A stretch of DNA of 64,000 bases, from assembly GCF_018350175.1 (NCBI RefSeq), contig NC_058368.1, positions 101,310,001 through 101,374,000 of the forward strand. The letters are read 5' to 3'. Numbering within the stretch: the first letter of the stretch is position 1; each line of letters starts with the position of its first letter. This stretch comes from Felis catus (taxonomy: Eukaryota). The translations under genes were made by a program, and so were the position numbers. Below the pieces are notes generated by a model. The model saw only the letters and a program-made list of their open reading frames with translations, did not search any database and had not been told where the DNA came from. Below are positions 40,676-54,235 of this stretch, piece by piece.

Positions 40676-43600
40676 AAGGGTTTTTTATTATGTTGTATTT
40701 TGTCAAGTGCTTTCTCTGCATCTGTTGAGAGGATCATGTGGTTCCTGTCCTTTCTTTTATTGATGTATCACATTGATTGCTTTGCAGATTTCGAACCAAC
40801 CCTGCATCCCAGGTATAAATCCCACTTGGTCATGGTGGATAATTTTTTTAAATTTATTATTGGATCTAGTTGGCTAGTATCTCGTTGAGGATTTTTGCAT
40901 CCACGTTCATCAGGAAAATTGGTCTGTAGTTCTACTTTTTAGTGGAGTCTTTGGTTTTGGAACCAAGGTAATGCTGGCTTCATAAAATGAGTCTAGAAGT
41001 TTTCCTTCCAATTCTGTTTTTTGGAACAGCTTCAAGAGAATAGGTAGGTGTTAACTCTTCCTTAAATGTTTGGTAGAATTCCCCTGGAAAGCTATTCGGC
41101 CCTGAATTCTTGTTTTTTGGGAGATTTTTGATCACTAATTCGATTTCTTTACTGGTTATGGGTCTGTTCAAATTTGCTATTTCTTCCTGTTTCAGTTTTG
41201 GTAGTTTATCTGTTTCTAGGAATTTGTCCATTTCTTCCAGATTGCCCATTTTATTGGCATATGATTGCTCATAATATTCTCTTATTGTTGTTTGTGTTCC
41301 TGCTGTTTTGGTTATGACCTCTCCTCTTTTGTTCTTGCTTTTATTTATTTAGGCCCTTTCCTTTTTCTTTTTGATCAAACTGGCTATGGGTTTATCAGTT
41401 TTCTTAATTTTTCCAAAGAACCAGCTCCTGGTTTCATTGATCTGTTCTACTGATTTGTTTTTCTTTCTTTCTTTTTTTTTTTTTGGTTACAAGAGCATTG
41501 ATTTCCTCTCTAATCTTTATTATTTCCTGTCTTCCTCTTCTACTTTCTTTCCAGCTGCTTTCTGGAGGGAGGGGGGTTCCTTCCCATAGTCTCCCCCTGC
41601 CTCTGTCCTCTCTCCACAAGCAAAAACAGCTCCCTGCCTTCCACAGCTTCTCTCTCCCCCAGTTCACTTCTCTGTGCCGTGTACCTGGTGCATTCTGTGG
41701 TTCAGGTTGTGCAGATTGTTGTGTTAATTCTCAAATCAGTTTTCCCGACGTGCAAGATGGTTTAGTGCAGATCTGGCTGCATTTCAGGGATGGGAGACAC
41801 AAAAAAACCTCTGTGCTCTTTCACCATCTTGACCCCTCTCTGATCATCTGACTCTTGATTTCAGCTCAGGTCATGATCCCAAGGTCATGGGACAGAGACC
41901 TGCATCAGGCTCCATGCTGAGCAGGGAGAATGGTTAGGATTCCATCTCTCGCTCTCTCGCTCTCTCTCTCTCTCTGCCCCTCTCCCCTGCTCTTGTGTAC
42001 TCTCTCTCAAAGAAAAAGAAAAAAAAAAGTATCTCATGTCTTGATAAGCTATATTTTCATTATTTTTTGGTTCAAAATATTTTCTAAATTCACTTGTCTC
42101 CAGTTTAGCTATGGGTAATTAGAAGCATACTACTTAATTTTCAATCATTTGAGGATATTCATTATCTTTTCATTAATTTCTAGCTTAATCTCACTCTGGA
42201 CAGAACATATTCTAAATTACAATCTTCTGAAATTTATTGAGAACGGTTTGACCTAGCACATGAGCAATTTGGCTGAATATTCCATGTATACTAGAAAACG
42301 TGTATTTTGGACTTTTCTGCTAAAATATTCTGTATACCAAGGGTTGTGTTGTCTAAATGTTCTAAATATTTACCAATTCTCTTGTTTGCTCTATCAGTTC
42401 CCAGGAGAGTTGTGGTAAAAAATCTACCATTATTATGCATTTGTCTATTTTTCATTTAGTTCTATAGGTTTTTGCTTTACCTAAATTTGTGGCTGTTGTC
42501 AGGTGCATACACGTGTGGAATTGCTGTCATCTTCTAGGTGAACTGACCCTTTTATGATCATGAACATTCTATCTACGGTAATGGCTTTTGCCCCAAAATC
42601 TGCTTTGCCTGATAAAAGTATTGCTAGATAGGCTTTCCTGTGATGAGTCTTAATATAATATATACTTCTCCCTCTTTTAAACTTATCCATTGTATATCCT
42701 TACATTTAAGCTATATGCCTTATGAGTGGTATACTGTTCTTTAGTTTCTCATGCAGTACTGGTCTCTAATGACAGTATTTAGTCCATTTATATTTCAAGT
42801 CATTGGTGATACATTGGGTTGCAATCTTTACATGTTGGTATTTTGTACTTGTTCTATCTCTTTGGGGTTATTCTCTCTCTCTCTCTCTCCCTCTCTCTCT
42901 TTTTGTTTAGGTTAGTCTAATCCTTTGTCATTCCATTTCCCCTTCTCTATCAGCTTCTCATTCATTTTTACTCTTCATTTACAAATAATAACACAAATCA
43001 GTCCTTTGACAACTTCAAATAATGGAACATACTTTGAGCATTTTAACTCTATCCGTCTCTTCTTTTCTACTCTTGTTCTTCTGTTTTTGTCAAGAATTTT
43101 AATTCTATCTATATTTTAAAACCAACAAATATTTTGAGTGTTGCTTTCTACAATCCGTATTTATATTTTAGTCAGACATTTATTTCCATTGCTGTTTATT
43201 CTCCTGTTTTCATTTGGGATCATTGTCCTTCTGAAGAACACCTTGAATTATTTTCTCTTACTTTAGGTTTGCCATGACAAAGTCTTCTAGTTTTTGTCGC
43301 TCTGAAAAGTCTTCTGTCACTGTCATTTATGAAGAACATTTTCAGTGGGAAGAGAACCTTAAGTTGGCAGTTCTGTTCTTGCAATACTTTAAGGATGTTA
43401 TCCTGCGGCTGGAAAGTCATCTGTCAGTCTTATTGCTGCTCCTATGAAAGCTATGTCTCCGTCTAGCCCCATCTTCTTAAGGGTTTCTTTGCTTTTTGGC
43501 AACTCCGCTACCATGAACCTAGGTATGGTATACATGGTATTTATTCCTAGAGTTCATAAACACTCTTGAATCCATGAATTGCTATCTTTTTCACTTTTAG

Positions 43601-43756
43601 AGAATTCTCATGTAGTATCTCTTCAAATCCTGCTTTCTCTTCCATTCTTTTTCTGAGGGGTTGCTAGAGGCTTCATGTTTGTCTCCCCCAATACATATAG
43701 GTTTCCCTGCTTTCTGAAAGTTGGCAGTAAGCCGTTTGACAGAAAAAGCTACATTA

Positions 43757-43987
43757 GGGGCGCCTGGGTGGCGTAGTCGGTTAAGCGTCCGACTTCAGCC
43801 AGGTCACGATCTCGTGGTCCGGGAGTTCGAGCCCCGCGTCGGGCTCTGGGCTGATGGCTCAGAGTCTGGAGCCTGTTTCCGATTCTGTGTCTCCCTCTCT
43901 CTCTGCCCCTCCCCCGTTCATGCTCTGTCTCTCTCTGTCCCAAAAATAAATAAATGTTGAAAAAAAAAATTTATATAAAAAAAAAAA
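43757..43987 (+). mobile_element. Young Can-SINE
   Basis: TSD aaaagctacattag on both sides. Confidence 0.95.
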
Positions 43988-44184
43988 AGCTACATTAGTA
44001 TCGATTTTTGCTAAATAAATCCAAGGAGGATTTTGGCTATTCTGAAAACCATTACCATGCAAATGTAGGTCTTCTGTAAGAGCAAAGTGGCCTAAGGCCA
44101 ACTGTGGGTAAGCTGGGGATGCTCTTTGCTTTGCATCATTTCTGCTTAAGAGAGGTTTCACAGGAACGCTCTACTTTTGGATAG

Positions 44185-44486
44185 CTGGGGAAATGTGTGT
44201 TATGAAACCTAATCCCCATTTTGAACTGTTAGGGGATGGGGCCTTTGGGAGGTGATTAGGTCATGAAGGTAAGCCCTCCTAAATGGGACTGCTGCCCCTG
44301 TAAAAGAGGCCCAGCAGAGCTCCCTGACTCCTCTTCCACGAGGACTTGACAAAAAGGTGGCCTTTTATGAACTGGTGACCGAGCCTACACCCTGATCTTG
44401 GCCTTCCAGCCTCCAGAAGTGCGAGAAACCAGTTTCTGTGGTAAGTCTCTGATATTTTGTTATCGGAGCCCAAAGAGACGAAGACA
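44185..44486 (+). mobile_element. MaLR MLT1A/MST-type solo LTR
   Basis: ggggcctttgggaggtgattaggtcatga and ctgatcttggccttccagcctccagaa motifs; ends aagaca. Confidence 0.8.
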
Positions 44487-44849
44487 GGGTCCGTAGTTAC
44501 ACACAAATGGTAGTCAATCTCATATCCTCTATCTCAGGGGTCACTCATGTTGTTTGCTATTTTTTCCATCCTCTTTTTTCCCCTCTGTTTCAGCTTAGAT
44601 GCTTTTTACTGACTTGACTTCACACATCCTTGGTTCTGCTGCATCCAATCTGCTGTTAACTCATCTTTTACATTCTTACATTTCACTTAAAATATTTCTC
44701 AGTTCCACAATTTCTACATTATTCAAAATACTCTAATTCTTCATTCCATTTCTCCATCATATCACCTTTGTTCTAGAACACAGTAATAGCAGTTATTGCA
44801 AACTTGGCATCTGGTGACTCTAAAATCTGGATTACCTGTTGACTTCTAT

Positions 44850-45550
44850 TGAGCAAAGGGCATTAACAGGCATTCCTTAGGGAAGAAAGACAAGTGGTTG
44901 ATATGCAAAAGAAAAGCTGCTCCAAGTAAGTCAACAGGGATAGGAAAACTGAAGCCACAAAGTGACACTATTTCAAACCCACCAAACTGGAAAAAATTAA
45001 CACATGTGATAATAGCCAAGTGTTGGACATCATATGAAGAATAACAGTTACACACCACTCTTGGGAACTCAAGAGTCGTACAAGCACTTTGGAAAGTAAT
45101 TTTGCCCTATTTAGCAAAGCATTAGAGCAGCGACCCCTATTACCAGAAACTCTACTTTTTGGTATAAATACTAGAGAAACTCGGACAAATTCAAAACTTT
45201 TCAGTGCTGTCTTGTTCTAAGTTAAAGGAAAAATCCATTGAAAAAGGACTGGGTAAAATGTGCTATGTTCATCTGTTTGTTTTATAAAGCAATAAAAATG
45301 AACTATAGCTACTTGCCTCAACATAGCTAAATCTCAACACCAATTTTGAGTCATACAAGGCAGACAAGAGAATGATTCAAAGGCAATGAGTCCATCTACA
45401 TAAAGTTTAAAACCACACAAACGTAAAGAAAAGCAAAGGGAGAATAAATACCAAATTTAGGCAAGTAGTTACCTCTGGAGAGGATGCAGTTGAGCAAAGG
45501 CACAGAAGGCTTCCAGAACACTGATAATATGCTCTGGTTCTTAAAATAGA
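44850..45550 (+). mobile_element. Ancient L1 3' fragment (L1ME-like)
   Basis: ataatagccaagtgttgg, cactttggaaagtaatttt, aaatctcaacac motifs. Confidence 0.55.
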
Positions 45551-48500
45551 AGTGGGGGGGGGGGGGCGGGTAGGGTGCATAACCATCTTCTTTTTCTTTC
45601 CCTCTTTGGACTGTTAGGATCTATTTCTTTTAAAAAGCAACTATTAAGAAAGAAAGGAAAAGAAAGCTCGGCAAAAACAGACCCAGTTGTTACCTCTGGC
45701 TGGTGATTTTTATTTTCTGTGTTATGCAGTGCTGCAAAGTTTGTCTTTGTTTACAATAAGCAAGCATAATTACAAGCAGAAAAAAATAATAAGAGTCAAT
45801 TAGGTTAGGTTACTTTGTAAAATTGTAATTTTATAAGACTTGAAACATCCTAGTTCTAAAACACAGAAGACAAGCCTTTAAATGCCTTGAATTTTTCCTC
45901 ACATATATGGCATTAATACTGATCACACACGCACACACAAAAATTAGAGGTTACAGAAAGAAATCCTCTCTGCTGCCAGGTGCTCTGGGTTAAAGACTCC
46001 TCAATCAAGTGAGTATAATCTTTATTTTGCCTGAGCTGCCTATAAATCCAGAGAGGAGATGTAAACATGCATACACTAGACTAAACAGCGGCTAAAAAGT
46101 GGCCACTACTTACTCTCCCGCTCACACATACCATGTAAGTCTGTGGGAAAAACTTACAACTAAACTAAGGAACTCAAGTCAAGTTTTCTGAAAATAACCC
46201 AGAGCTGACAAGTCAGTAGGAGGGCCTGGATGGTTTCAAGACACAGTTTTTAACCAAGACTTGGACCTCCAACTGTTTTCTTAAACAAAGATTTACATCC
46301 CATCCTTGGCTAAATTACTTATAAATTAATCAAATTAATTACCCTGAGTGGATAAGCAGGAGACTGGACAAGATAGTGCTGATGTCAGCCAATGAAGCCT
46401 GTGTTGTTTTAACTAAATATATCAGAGCTTAGTTTTAAACAGATCTACTGTGCACAAATATGGTAAGGGACCCACATCCTACCCAAAATCTTAGTTCTGT
46501 TTCCTGTCTTGGGAACAAGCGGACCTAGTTTCAATTTATCTCACATAATGAAAATGTTAAATTTTCTACACGAACAAATTCATACCTCTTAATGATTTAT
46601 GTTTCAAAAGGAGTAGCTTTTATTCAACCTACACAATTGTTTTCTAAGGTGATGAGAAATATTTTTAAACAAACATTTTTTAGAAAAAAAAATTAAAGTG
46701 ACAATCTTGAGTGTTTGTCAAACAATGAAACCTTTGGTTTAAAAATATTTCTGTAGTGTATCTTCATGGAGGCTGGGGGTGGGGCAGAAACAACTAAATT
46801 TCCCCTTAGATGTCTCACCATCAGAATTCTTTCAGATCTGTGCTACACATTGTACCAAAGATATCAAGTCCAGAATGTCTGGGTATCATTTCCTTGTTTT
46901 CTAAGTTAGGACCCATTTATGTTTATTTGTTTGTTTTTTTTACAGCTGTTACTTCCCCAAGTTAGCAAAGAACAACAACAACAAATCTACAGCTTGGAAA
47001 CGCAGACTTTGGGGAATTAGACGATTTTTTTTTGCCCTAAATCATTAGAAGAGTATGTTTTTTGTGTGTGTTTTTTTTTTGTTTTTAATTCACAAATTGA
47101 CTGTACGGGGTCACCTTTGAGGAATGGAAATCTGTTTAAACATTCTTTTGGCAATAGGCACCCAGCATCAGATCTTATTTCCAAGCTTTACCAGCTGGGT
47201 TTTGTCATTAACATTTATTAACACTCTAAGATATGGCTTTCCCCATCTAATCCGTACTACACAAATGTTTTGTATGGCCCTCCAGAGGATTTTGCTGTGA
47301 CAAATTACTGGCAGAGATTATAGCCCCGTGGCTATTCACCAGAGGCAATGTAAAATTAACATGGTACTAATCCAATTTAAACAAGAAGTTGCACAAACAA
47401 TCCTCTGAACAAAAGCAGATAGAGGATTCCAATTTTATATTCAAACACAATAAATGTGTTTTTAATAAAAAGTTCTAGAAAAATATGGTACTTTCACACA
47501 TATGAATTGTGCCTATTTGATGAAGCTATTAATTTTAACCCTATAAGAACAGTTAGTGGCAGAGCACAATTTGGGATGGTCATGGCAAAGGCTTATATTT
47601 GCTCTTCAAGTACCAAACCTCCAATGTCGTCTGTGGAACATCAGTGATTCCTAGTGACCTAAAGGTTGTTTACAGTGTTGTTTCCAAAGCAGAAAGTTAG
47701 TGGGATAAGGAACAGAATTAGTCTCGAGGAAGATTACTGCACTCAAAGAATGAGGCTCTTTTCTCGAAGAAATAGTTTAGAGTTGAATTCTCAATTTAAC
47801 GCCGTTTTCTTAATACATAAAGTTACTCACGGGGAAGCATCTGACTTTCGTGATAGCCTCTCCTACTAGGAACAAACAGCAAAATTATCTGCCCATGCTT
47901 TTTAGGCAAGGGGGTAGAAAATACATAGGACAAAAGGGGGTAAATGTAAGAGAATGGATGAAATGGGAAGATTCGGAAGGTAACAAAAGGGTACAGGAAG
48001 GAGACATTTCAGTCATTAACGATTACTCCTCTCTCCAAAGGAAATGCCCTCCTCAACGCTCCCACTTTTCCACCTTTTCATGACTGGTTCTGGTCATGCC
48101 CCATGATTCATTCCCTCAGTCTCTGAGCCTTCACTGTGTAACTTCTTTAATGGCAGGCACCATTTTCTACTTCTTCCCCATCTCCTCTCCGTACTTTGGC
48201 ATCCTGACTGGAGCTTCTTCTCGCTCGAGGTCACTTCAATTCTCATTATGAGAGCTGGTCTAATAGTCACTGATGCCATTTTCCTTGCTGGGGTGTGCCA
48301 AACCATGACTTGTGCCTGGATACTGTGTCAGAAATCCCTAAAACCTTCCAGGGCTCACTTCCTTCTCCTCGAAATCCTTTCATTATTTGGCTTCCATGGA
48401 ATAACCTGATACCAGCATAAAGGGGAAACAGCCGGGACCCCAGTCCAGTGGCTCTAATCCTTGCTCTCTCACTCGTGACCTGTGCGATCGGGTGCACCTT

Positions 48501-50361
48501 CCTTAACTTCCCTAAGTCTCCGTTTCTTTCATCTAGAAAATCGAAATTCAGTTACCAGCTCTACTGCGATCTTGGTTAGGATGAAATGACAAGGTGTGAG
48601 GGGCCTGAAATCATGACCGCCCTCTTGCTCTCTGCCCATTGGTTCCATCATCAGCTCTCAGGCCTCCTCCGCAAACCTAAGAATGCTCAGTTTTATCTAC
48701 CACAGCTTACATTCTCACATCTGCAAGGAGCCCAATCATCCTCCCAATACCGGCTGCATATTTCTGAATGCTTGCTGAATTTCTTTTGGCAAAAGTCAAG
48801 ATGTCCACATTTGCAAGTCCTTTCTCCTCCTTGTATTACTACTGTTATTTCCACACTGGAAAACTCGCTTTGCAGACACTGAGGCTTCAGCCTTTGGCAT
48901 CATCTTCAACTTTCTACTTTGCATTACAATCAGGTAAAAACGGGGCTATATCAATCTACCAAAACCATGTTTTGGGGGTTTCTTCCCCAGGAATCTGTGT
49001 GTCACGTTCCCACTTAAGTTCCAGTCCCGGTTACCTGAAACTACCTCTAAAATTGACCCTCCTCTCTTGTCCAAGTAGAGTCTCTGCTTTCCACCTTCCT
49101 GCATGTTTGCTATACTCATTTTGTTGGTTACATTTATAGCATTTCCCTCCCTGCTTTCTTAAGTCACAACCAGCTCACCAGAGGTCTATCTCAAATACTC
49201 CTCTTCCACAGTGTCCTACTTAAGTGCTATTAAATAGATGTACTTTCCCCTCCTGCCTCCTCAGGATGGTTCTTGTCACGGCTCTCACTCTTAAATATAA
49301 ATGTTACATTTATAATTTTCTTCCCTCTTAATAAATTGCAAGCTCTCTGAGGGAAAGACTTAAGTTTTACATACACCAATAAATCTAGGGCAGTACTGTG
49401 AATACAGGAGGCCCTCAGTACACGCATCTGTCCTTGATCCTGTGAACATTTATAAAATACTTTCACTTCGTGTAATATTCTGTTATGCTTACAATCTCAA
49501 CTCTTCGACAAGCTACATTAAGGCAAACTGTACTGTTTATTCTCCTGAGGTCTTGTACATACCTCTCTTTGAGAGCAGTAGGTGTTTAGTACAATACCAC
49601 AGAGATGTTTAATAGCATTTGCTGGTCATGGAGACAGAGAAAAAAATACAATTATGAAAAACCCTATGTGCCAAATTTCACTCCGAATAAACTGATTAAA
49701 GAAAGGCAAAAGTTTGAAGGGTTAGGTCAAGTAGATTAGATTCTAAAGAAAAACCTTGCTCACATTTAATTGATCTTAATCACTTGAGCAAATTTCACTC
49801 CAAAATAAGATTAATTTCTCCTAAGGCTTATGGTATTTGTTATTTAGTAGTAGGAAGAAGAAGAAAAAAGAAGTCTAAGAAGAATTCAGGAAACCACTAT
49901 CACTTTTAAATTCTTGTAAAATTGTGCAAAAATTGTGATTCCTTTTCTTAACTGAATACATGACTAGGTCTTCTAGGACTAACATTTGAAATCAGCTGTT
50001 CACCTGAAGGACATGTTAAATTTTTTCAGTTATTCTGAAATTTCTCTTCTGAAAGTTACTTTCAATGGAAAGAAATTAATACTAAGACAAAAAAAAAATG
50101 GCTGTTTTATAAGTGAAAGTGAAAGAAATCATTCCTAATTTCTTCTGGGGAGGACAACAGTTGCCAATTTGAAAAAAAAAAAAAAAAAAAAAAGGACCTA
50201 AGAGTTAATTTTTTTATTAAGAAAACAATCTTTTAATAATCTCGAAAATAGCCCTGCAGATCCAAATGTCCACATATGAACGTGATAGCTACTGCCAAAT
50301 ACGCATACTTTTAAAGAATCAAGGGGAAAAAGACATAAAAAGAAGAATCCATCATCAGCTA

Positions 50362-50472
<111 letters not shown>

Positions 50473-51974
50473 CTAACAGTGATTAAAATCGTATCAAGTG
50501 AAACACTATACCACTGTGTACAATCACTGAAAGATAATATATACAAAGAGTCTGGCTTAAGAAAAGAGTTTATACAGTGTAACATACGACATCATCTAAA
50601 ACTGTTATATAATTTACTATAAATATTATGGCACATGAACATTTTCTTGTTTAAAATATAGTCGTATTTTTACTGCCTAACAGCCTATACTGAAAGGAAC
50701 GGAATCAGTCTTAACCTCCAGACAGTTACTATAAATGTATTAAAACGTGTATAGAGTGCAAAACATTCATTTTTTACAAAAAGCAGTCCTTACTGTTAGC
50801 ATTCCAATTTAGCTGGCACTCGACATCTCAGAAACCTAGTTCTTCCTTCTGGGGGCCTATCATGAGATGGAACTTGGTCTTACAACCCCGAGAGCTAGTA
50901 GAGATACTCTTATAACTCTATTGCCGCAAAACTCGGAGAGTGCTGAGAGCAGGGAGATCTTTTATCAGAAAGCAGTTTACTGAGAAAGAGGACAAAGGGG
51001 AAAATATTTTAAGAATGTTAAAATAAACCTGAGAGTAGGAAAAATAATGCTCCTCATAACACTAACTTTGATTTTCTATTTTTCCTCAAACATATAAAGA
51101 AAAACATGAAAGTGATTCCATTAAAAAAAATGGTTATTTATACTTGCAGCAGGCAATCTGTTGTGCATGAACCGAAGCCAACTTGGCGATGTTCTGGAAT
51201 GTACGTTCTCAGTGTTTCAAACCAAGTACCAAACAAATTCATGAAGCCAACAGACAGTTTTACTATTTAAGTGATAATGTAATAATCTGCCTGAATTACA
51301 GCACAATACTGTGACTCTAAACTGGTCTGAGTTTTTTATATCAAGTCTAGTTTTTCCCATACACACAACTCTTCATGTTTTGCAGGAACATCAAACCAAA
51401 GGCACAGTCCCAAAATTCAAACTTCAGAAAACGTGTATGAAAATAAAAGGAAAGGAAAAGCAGATTGCCAAATTCCCTTCACAAAAGACCAGAATATTCT
51501 CTGCAGTAATATATGAACTCATGGAGTCACGGTCTTTTCTGCTTTATAAATCCCTGGTGCTTGAATTTAAAGGTGTTGACATTTCACAACTAGACTTACA
51601 TGTCTTAAGTTGAATAAATACTCTGAGATTATCAAAGGTGACCTCTTCTACTTGTGCCCCAAAGATTTATACATATTACTTGGTAATTTAACAGTAGGGC
51701 ATAAGTCAGAGGAATAGCAAAAATCGTTTTATATTGCTGGGACAAAAGGGTAGTATTTAATTATAAAAGTGATCATGTCCCTGGGTCTTGGAGAAGGTCT
51801 GGTAGCCTAGACTGGCCCAAGGATGAGGGTTAGGAAGGGATAACCCCAGAGGAATCAAGTATTTCCCATGGTCTGACTCAATAGAAAAGTCTGGATAGGT
51901 TTTATCAGTTTTGCCAGGATTATCAAAATTACATTTGCATATTCACAGTTAAATTAAAAAGAAAACGTAGTTTG

Positions 51975-52265
51975 CAAATTTCAGATTCAAACCCCACTTT
52001 TCTAATGCATTCCTATGACCTAATCAGTGATTCCTAACCTTTCTTCTTTTTTTTTTTTTTTAAGAATACAAGTGCCTCTGTGATTCTAAGGAAACACAAG
52101 GGACCCAGTTCCCAGAAACATGCACGCGACTAAAGATTTGCGAGAACTCCAGGGCATTCAAAGACCTTGAGTTGAAACCTCTCCTCTTGAGTAGATCTAA
52201 GGCTTGGGCAAGCTTTTCACTTACCTCATGAACCAAGTTACAGATTTCTCATGTGAAAACTCACC
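51975..52265. mobile_element. MIR interrupted by a MER103-like hAT DNA transposon remnant (~52025-52190)
   Basis: MIR core split between ...tatgacct and ttgggcaag...; insert cagtgattcctaacc...ggacccagttcccagaaacatgcac...gttgaaacc. Confidence 0.5.
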
Positions 52266-53852
52266 TCAGGACCCAGAGTCCATTCAGAGGCCAGTGCAGG
52301 CAGAAAGCACAAACCCGTGTTCACTCGTTCTCTGCCTCCCTGTTTCTAGGCCCACAAGTCTCATTCTCTGCTCAGTGGATGGCACGGTCTTTGTCTCTGA
52401 TGCCCTATTCCCCACTGTCACAAGGAACTACAGAGACTTCTCCCTGGCAGAACTTGGCAGTTTTATTCTTCTATGTTGCTCCTGCCCTTTCCTTAGCCCA
52501 CGTTCGTATCTTCTCCAGTCTCCTCAGCCTCCACACTTTTCTGTCTCCAAATCCCGCAAACCACTGTCAGGTCAATTTACTCTCAAAGATGCCGCTGCTA
52601 CTTGCCTGCAGGCTGGAACCCACACTCCTCTGCCTGTTTTAAGGTGTTCCAGAATCGAACTTCTGTCCTACGTGCTGCACCTGTTTCCTTGGTGTTCCTC
52701 AACAAAAAACCCTCTACTCCAGCCCGTAGGTTGGTGTCCTGGTTCACCCCCCATCACCCAATTAACTTCCTACGCCTGTCACTTTCTTCTCTGCTTACTT
52801 AAAACTACTATTTTCTCAACTGCAAAGAGTTTCTATCCTATTCCCTGGTATTTGATCACACACAGTCACTTCAGGCTCCTTGAGGCATCTCTCCAATTTT
52901 ATTACAAACTCTTTAAAAGTGAGGTCCCGGAAGGATCATGTACTTTTTCTCCTCTTTTTTCTCTCATCTTTCCCTTTGCCTTAAGACAGGGGTGGACGCA
53001 TGGTAGCTACCAAACAATCATAAATACATAAATTTTGCATTTATCTTCAACTTCAGTCTGCCCTACTATATTAATGTTTTCCATATTTCATTTATTTAAA
53101 AACCTATTTTTAAGCCATCTAAGAGACACTCCTAGTTAAAAGCAAATCATAAACTATTCTTGACTTTTTAATAAAAGGAAGGAAGAATTACATCTGGTAA
53201 AACTATATCTTATTTTACACCATTTTAGTGAAAACTGAAGTATTTCTGTTAAACTGAAGAGAATAGGTAATCAGCAAATGCTCTCTAGTTCACATAACCA
53301 CAAGTTATACAATGAATAAGATACTTTTTCACTTATGTCTTTCTTTTTGTGCGTTTATGTCTTTGTTATTACTTAGCAATAAGAAATAAGATTCTGCCCT
53401 CTTCTGGCTCCAAACAAAATTTACCAAGAATTTTCACCAGAGCTGAGAAGCTGTGTTTTACTCAACACTTAAACATGCTGGATGAGTTCCATGGGTCTCA
53501 AACAGAGGCAGTTTAATTATTCATTTTTTTCCCCTTGCCCTTCACAAGTTCATGGCACTGTTTACATTTCTGATACGTTGAGGGATTTTTATCCTTTTGG
53601 TAGAAGTATAGTTGGAAAACGAGATTTAAAGAAATCACGTAAAATGTCTTTCTATGGCAGCTAGTTACCAACTTTCTATTCACAAAAGATAAGGTTCTAA
53701 TTGTGAGATATGTGGTCTCTGAAGGTAAAATAAAAACACTCTTTGACGCTTAGTGTCTGTGCACTTTAGCTATCTTTGGTAGGTACCACAGAATTCACAG
53801 TTGTAAACAGGGAAACAGTGGAATACTTGTTTTTAATCAAAAGAGGGGTTAT

Positions 53853-54235
53853 GGGGCACCTGGGTGGCTCAGCCAGTTGGGCGACCGACTCTTGACTTCG
53901 GCTCAGGTCACAGTCTCGCGGTTCGTGGGTTTGAGCCCCACGTTGGGCTTGGTGCTGACACTGCAGAGACTGCTTGGGAGAGCCTCTCTCTCTCTCCAAA
54001 TAGGTAAAATGAACTTTTTGTTTTTTAATTTTATTTATTTTTGACAGAGAGAGAGACAGAGCATGAGCAGGGGTGGGGCAGAGAGAGAGGGAGACACAGA
54101 ATCGGAAGCAGGCTCCAGGCTCCGAGCTGTCAGCACAGAGCCTGACGTGGGGCTCGAACTCACGAAACTGTGAGATCATGACCTGAGCCGAAGTCAGATG
54201 CTCAGCCAACTGAGCCACCCAGGCACCCCCCCCCC
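53853..54235. mobile_element. Tail-to-tail Can-SINE pair (+ 53853-54010; - 54015-54235)
   Basis: Shared outer TSD aagaggggtta at 53841-53851 and 54246-54256. Confidence 0.9.

Larger units (their letters stand above)
38076..41844 (-). mobile_element. Felid LINE-1 with both termini but lacking ORF1 and endonuclease
   Basis: 12-bp TSD catctgactctt (38064-38075, 41845-41856); ORF2 remnants (38557..39237, 40980..41249); 5' terminus ggggtcaagatgg on minus strand. Confidence 0.9.
38034..42030 (+). mobile_element. Older Can-SINE split in two (38034-38075 and 41845-42030) by an L1 insertion
   Basis: Head ...gagcatctgactctt resumes as catctgactcttgatttcagctcagg; own TSD atctcatg(c/t)cttga near 38020 and 42031. 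Confidence 0.88.
35180..44840 (-). mobile_element. Ancient highly decayed L1 (L1ME/MD-like) hosting younger insertions
   Basis: L1-like T-rich sequence at 35180-38030, 42045-43720 and 44520-44840 in roughly colinear order. Confidence 0.65.

Noticed and set aside
52204..53031. Longest ORF in the window (275 aa, +)
   Set aside because: Non-ATG start, Leu/Ser/Pro/Cys-rich composition typical of pyrimidine-rich non-coding DNA, overlaps MIR and other old repeat remnants, antisense in an intron, no recognisable domain
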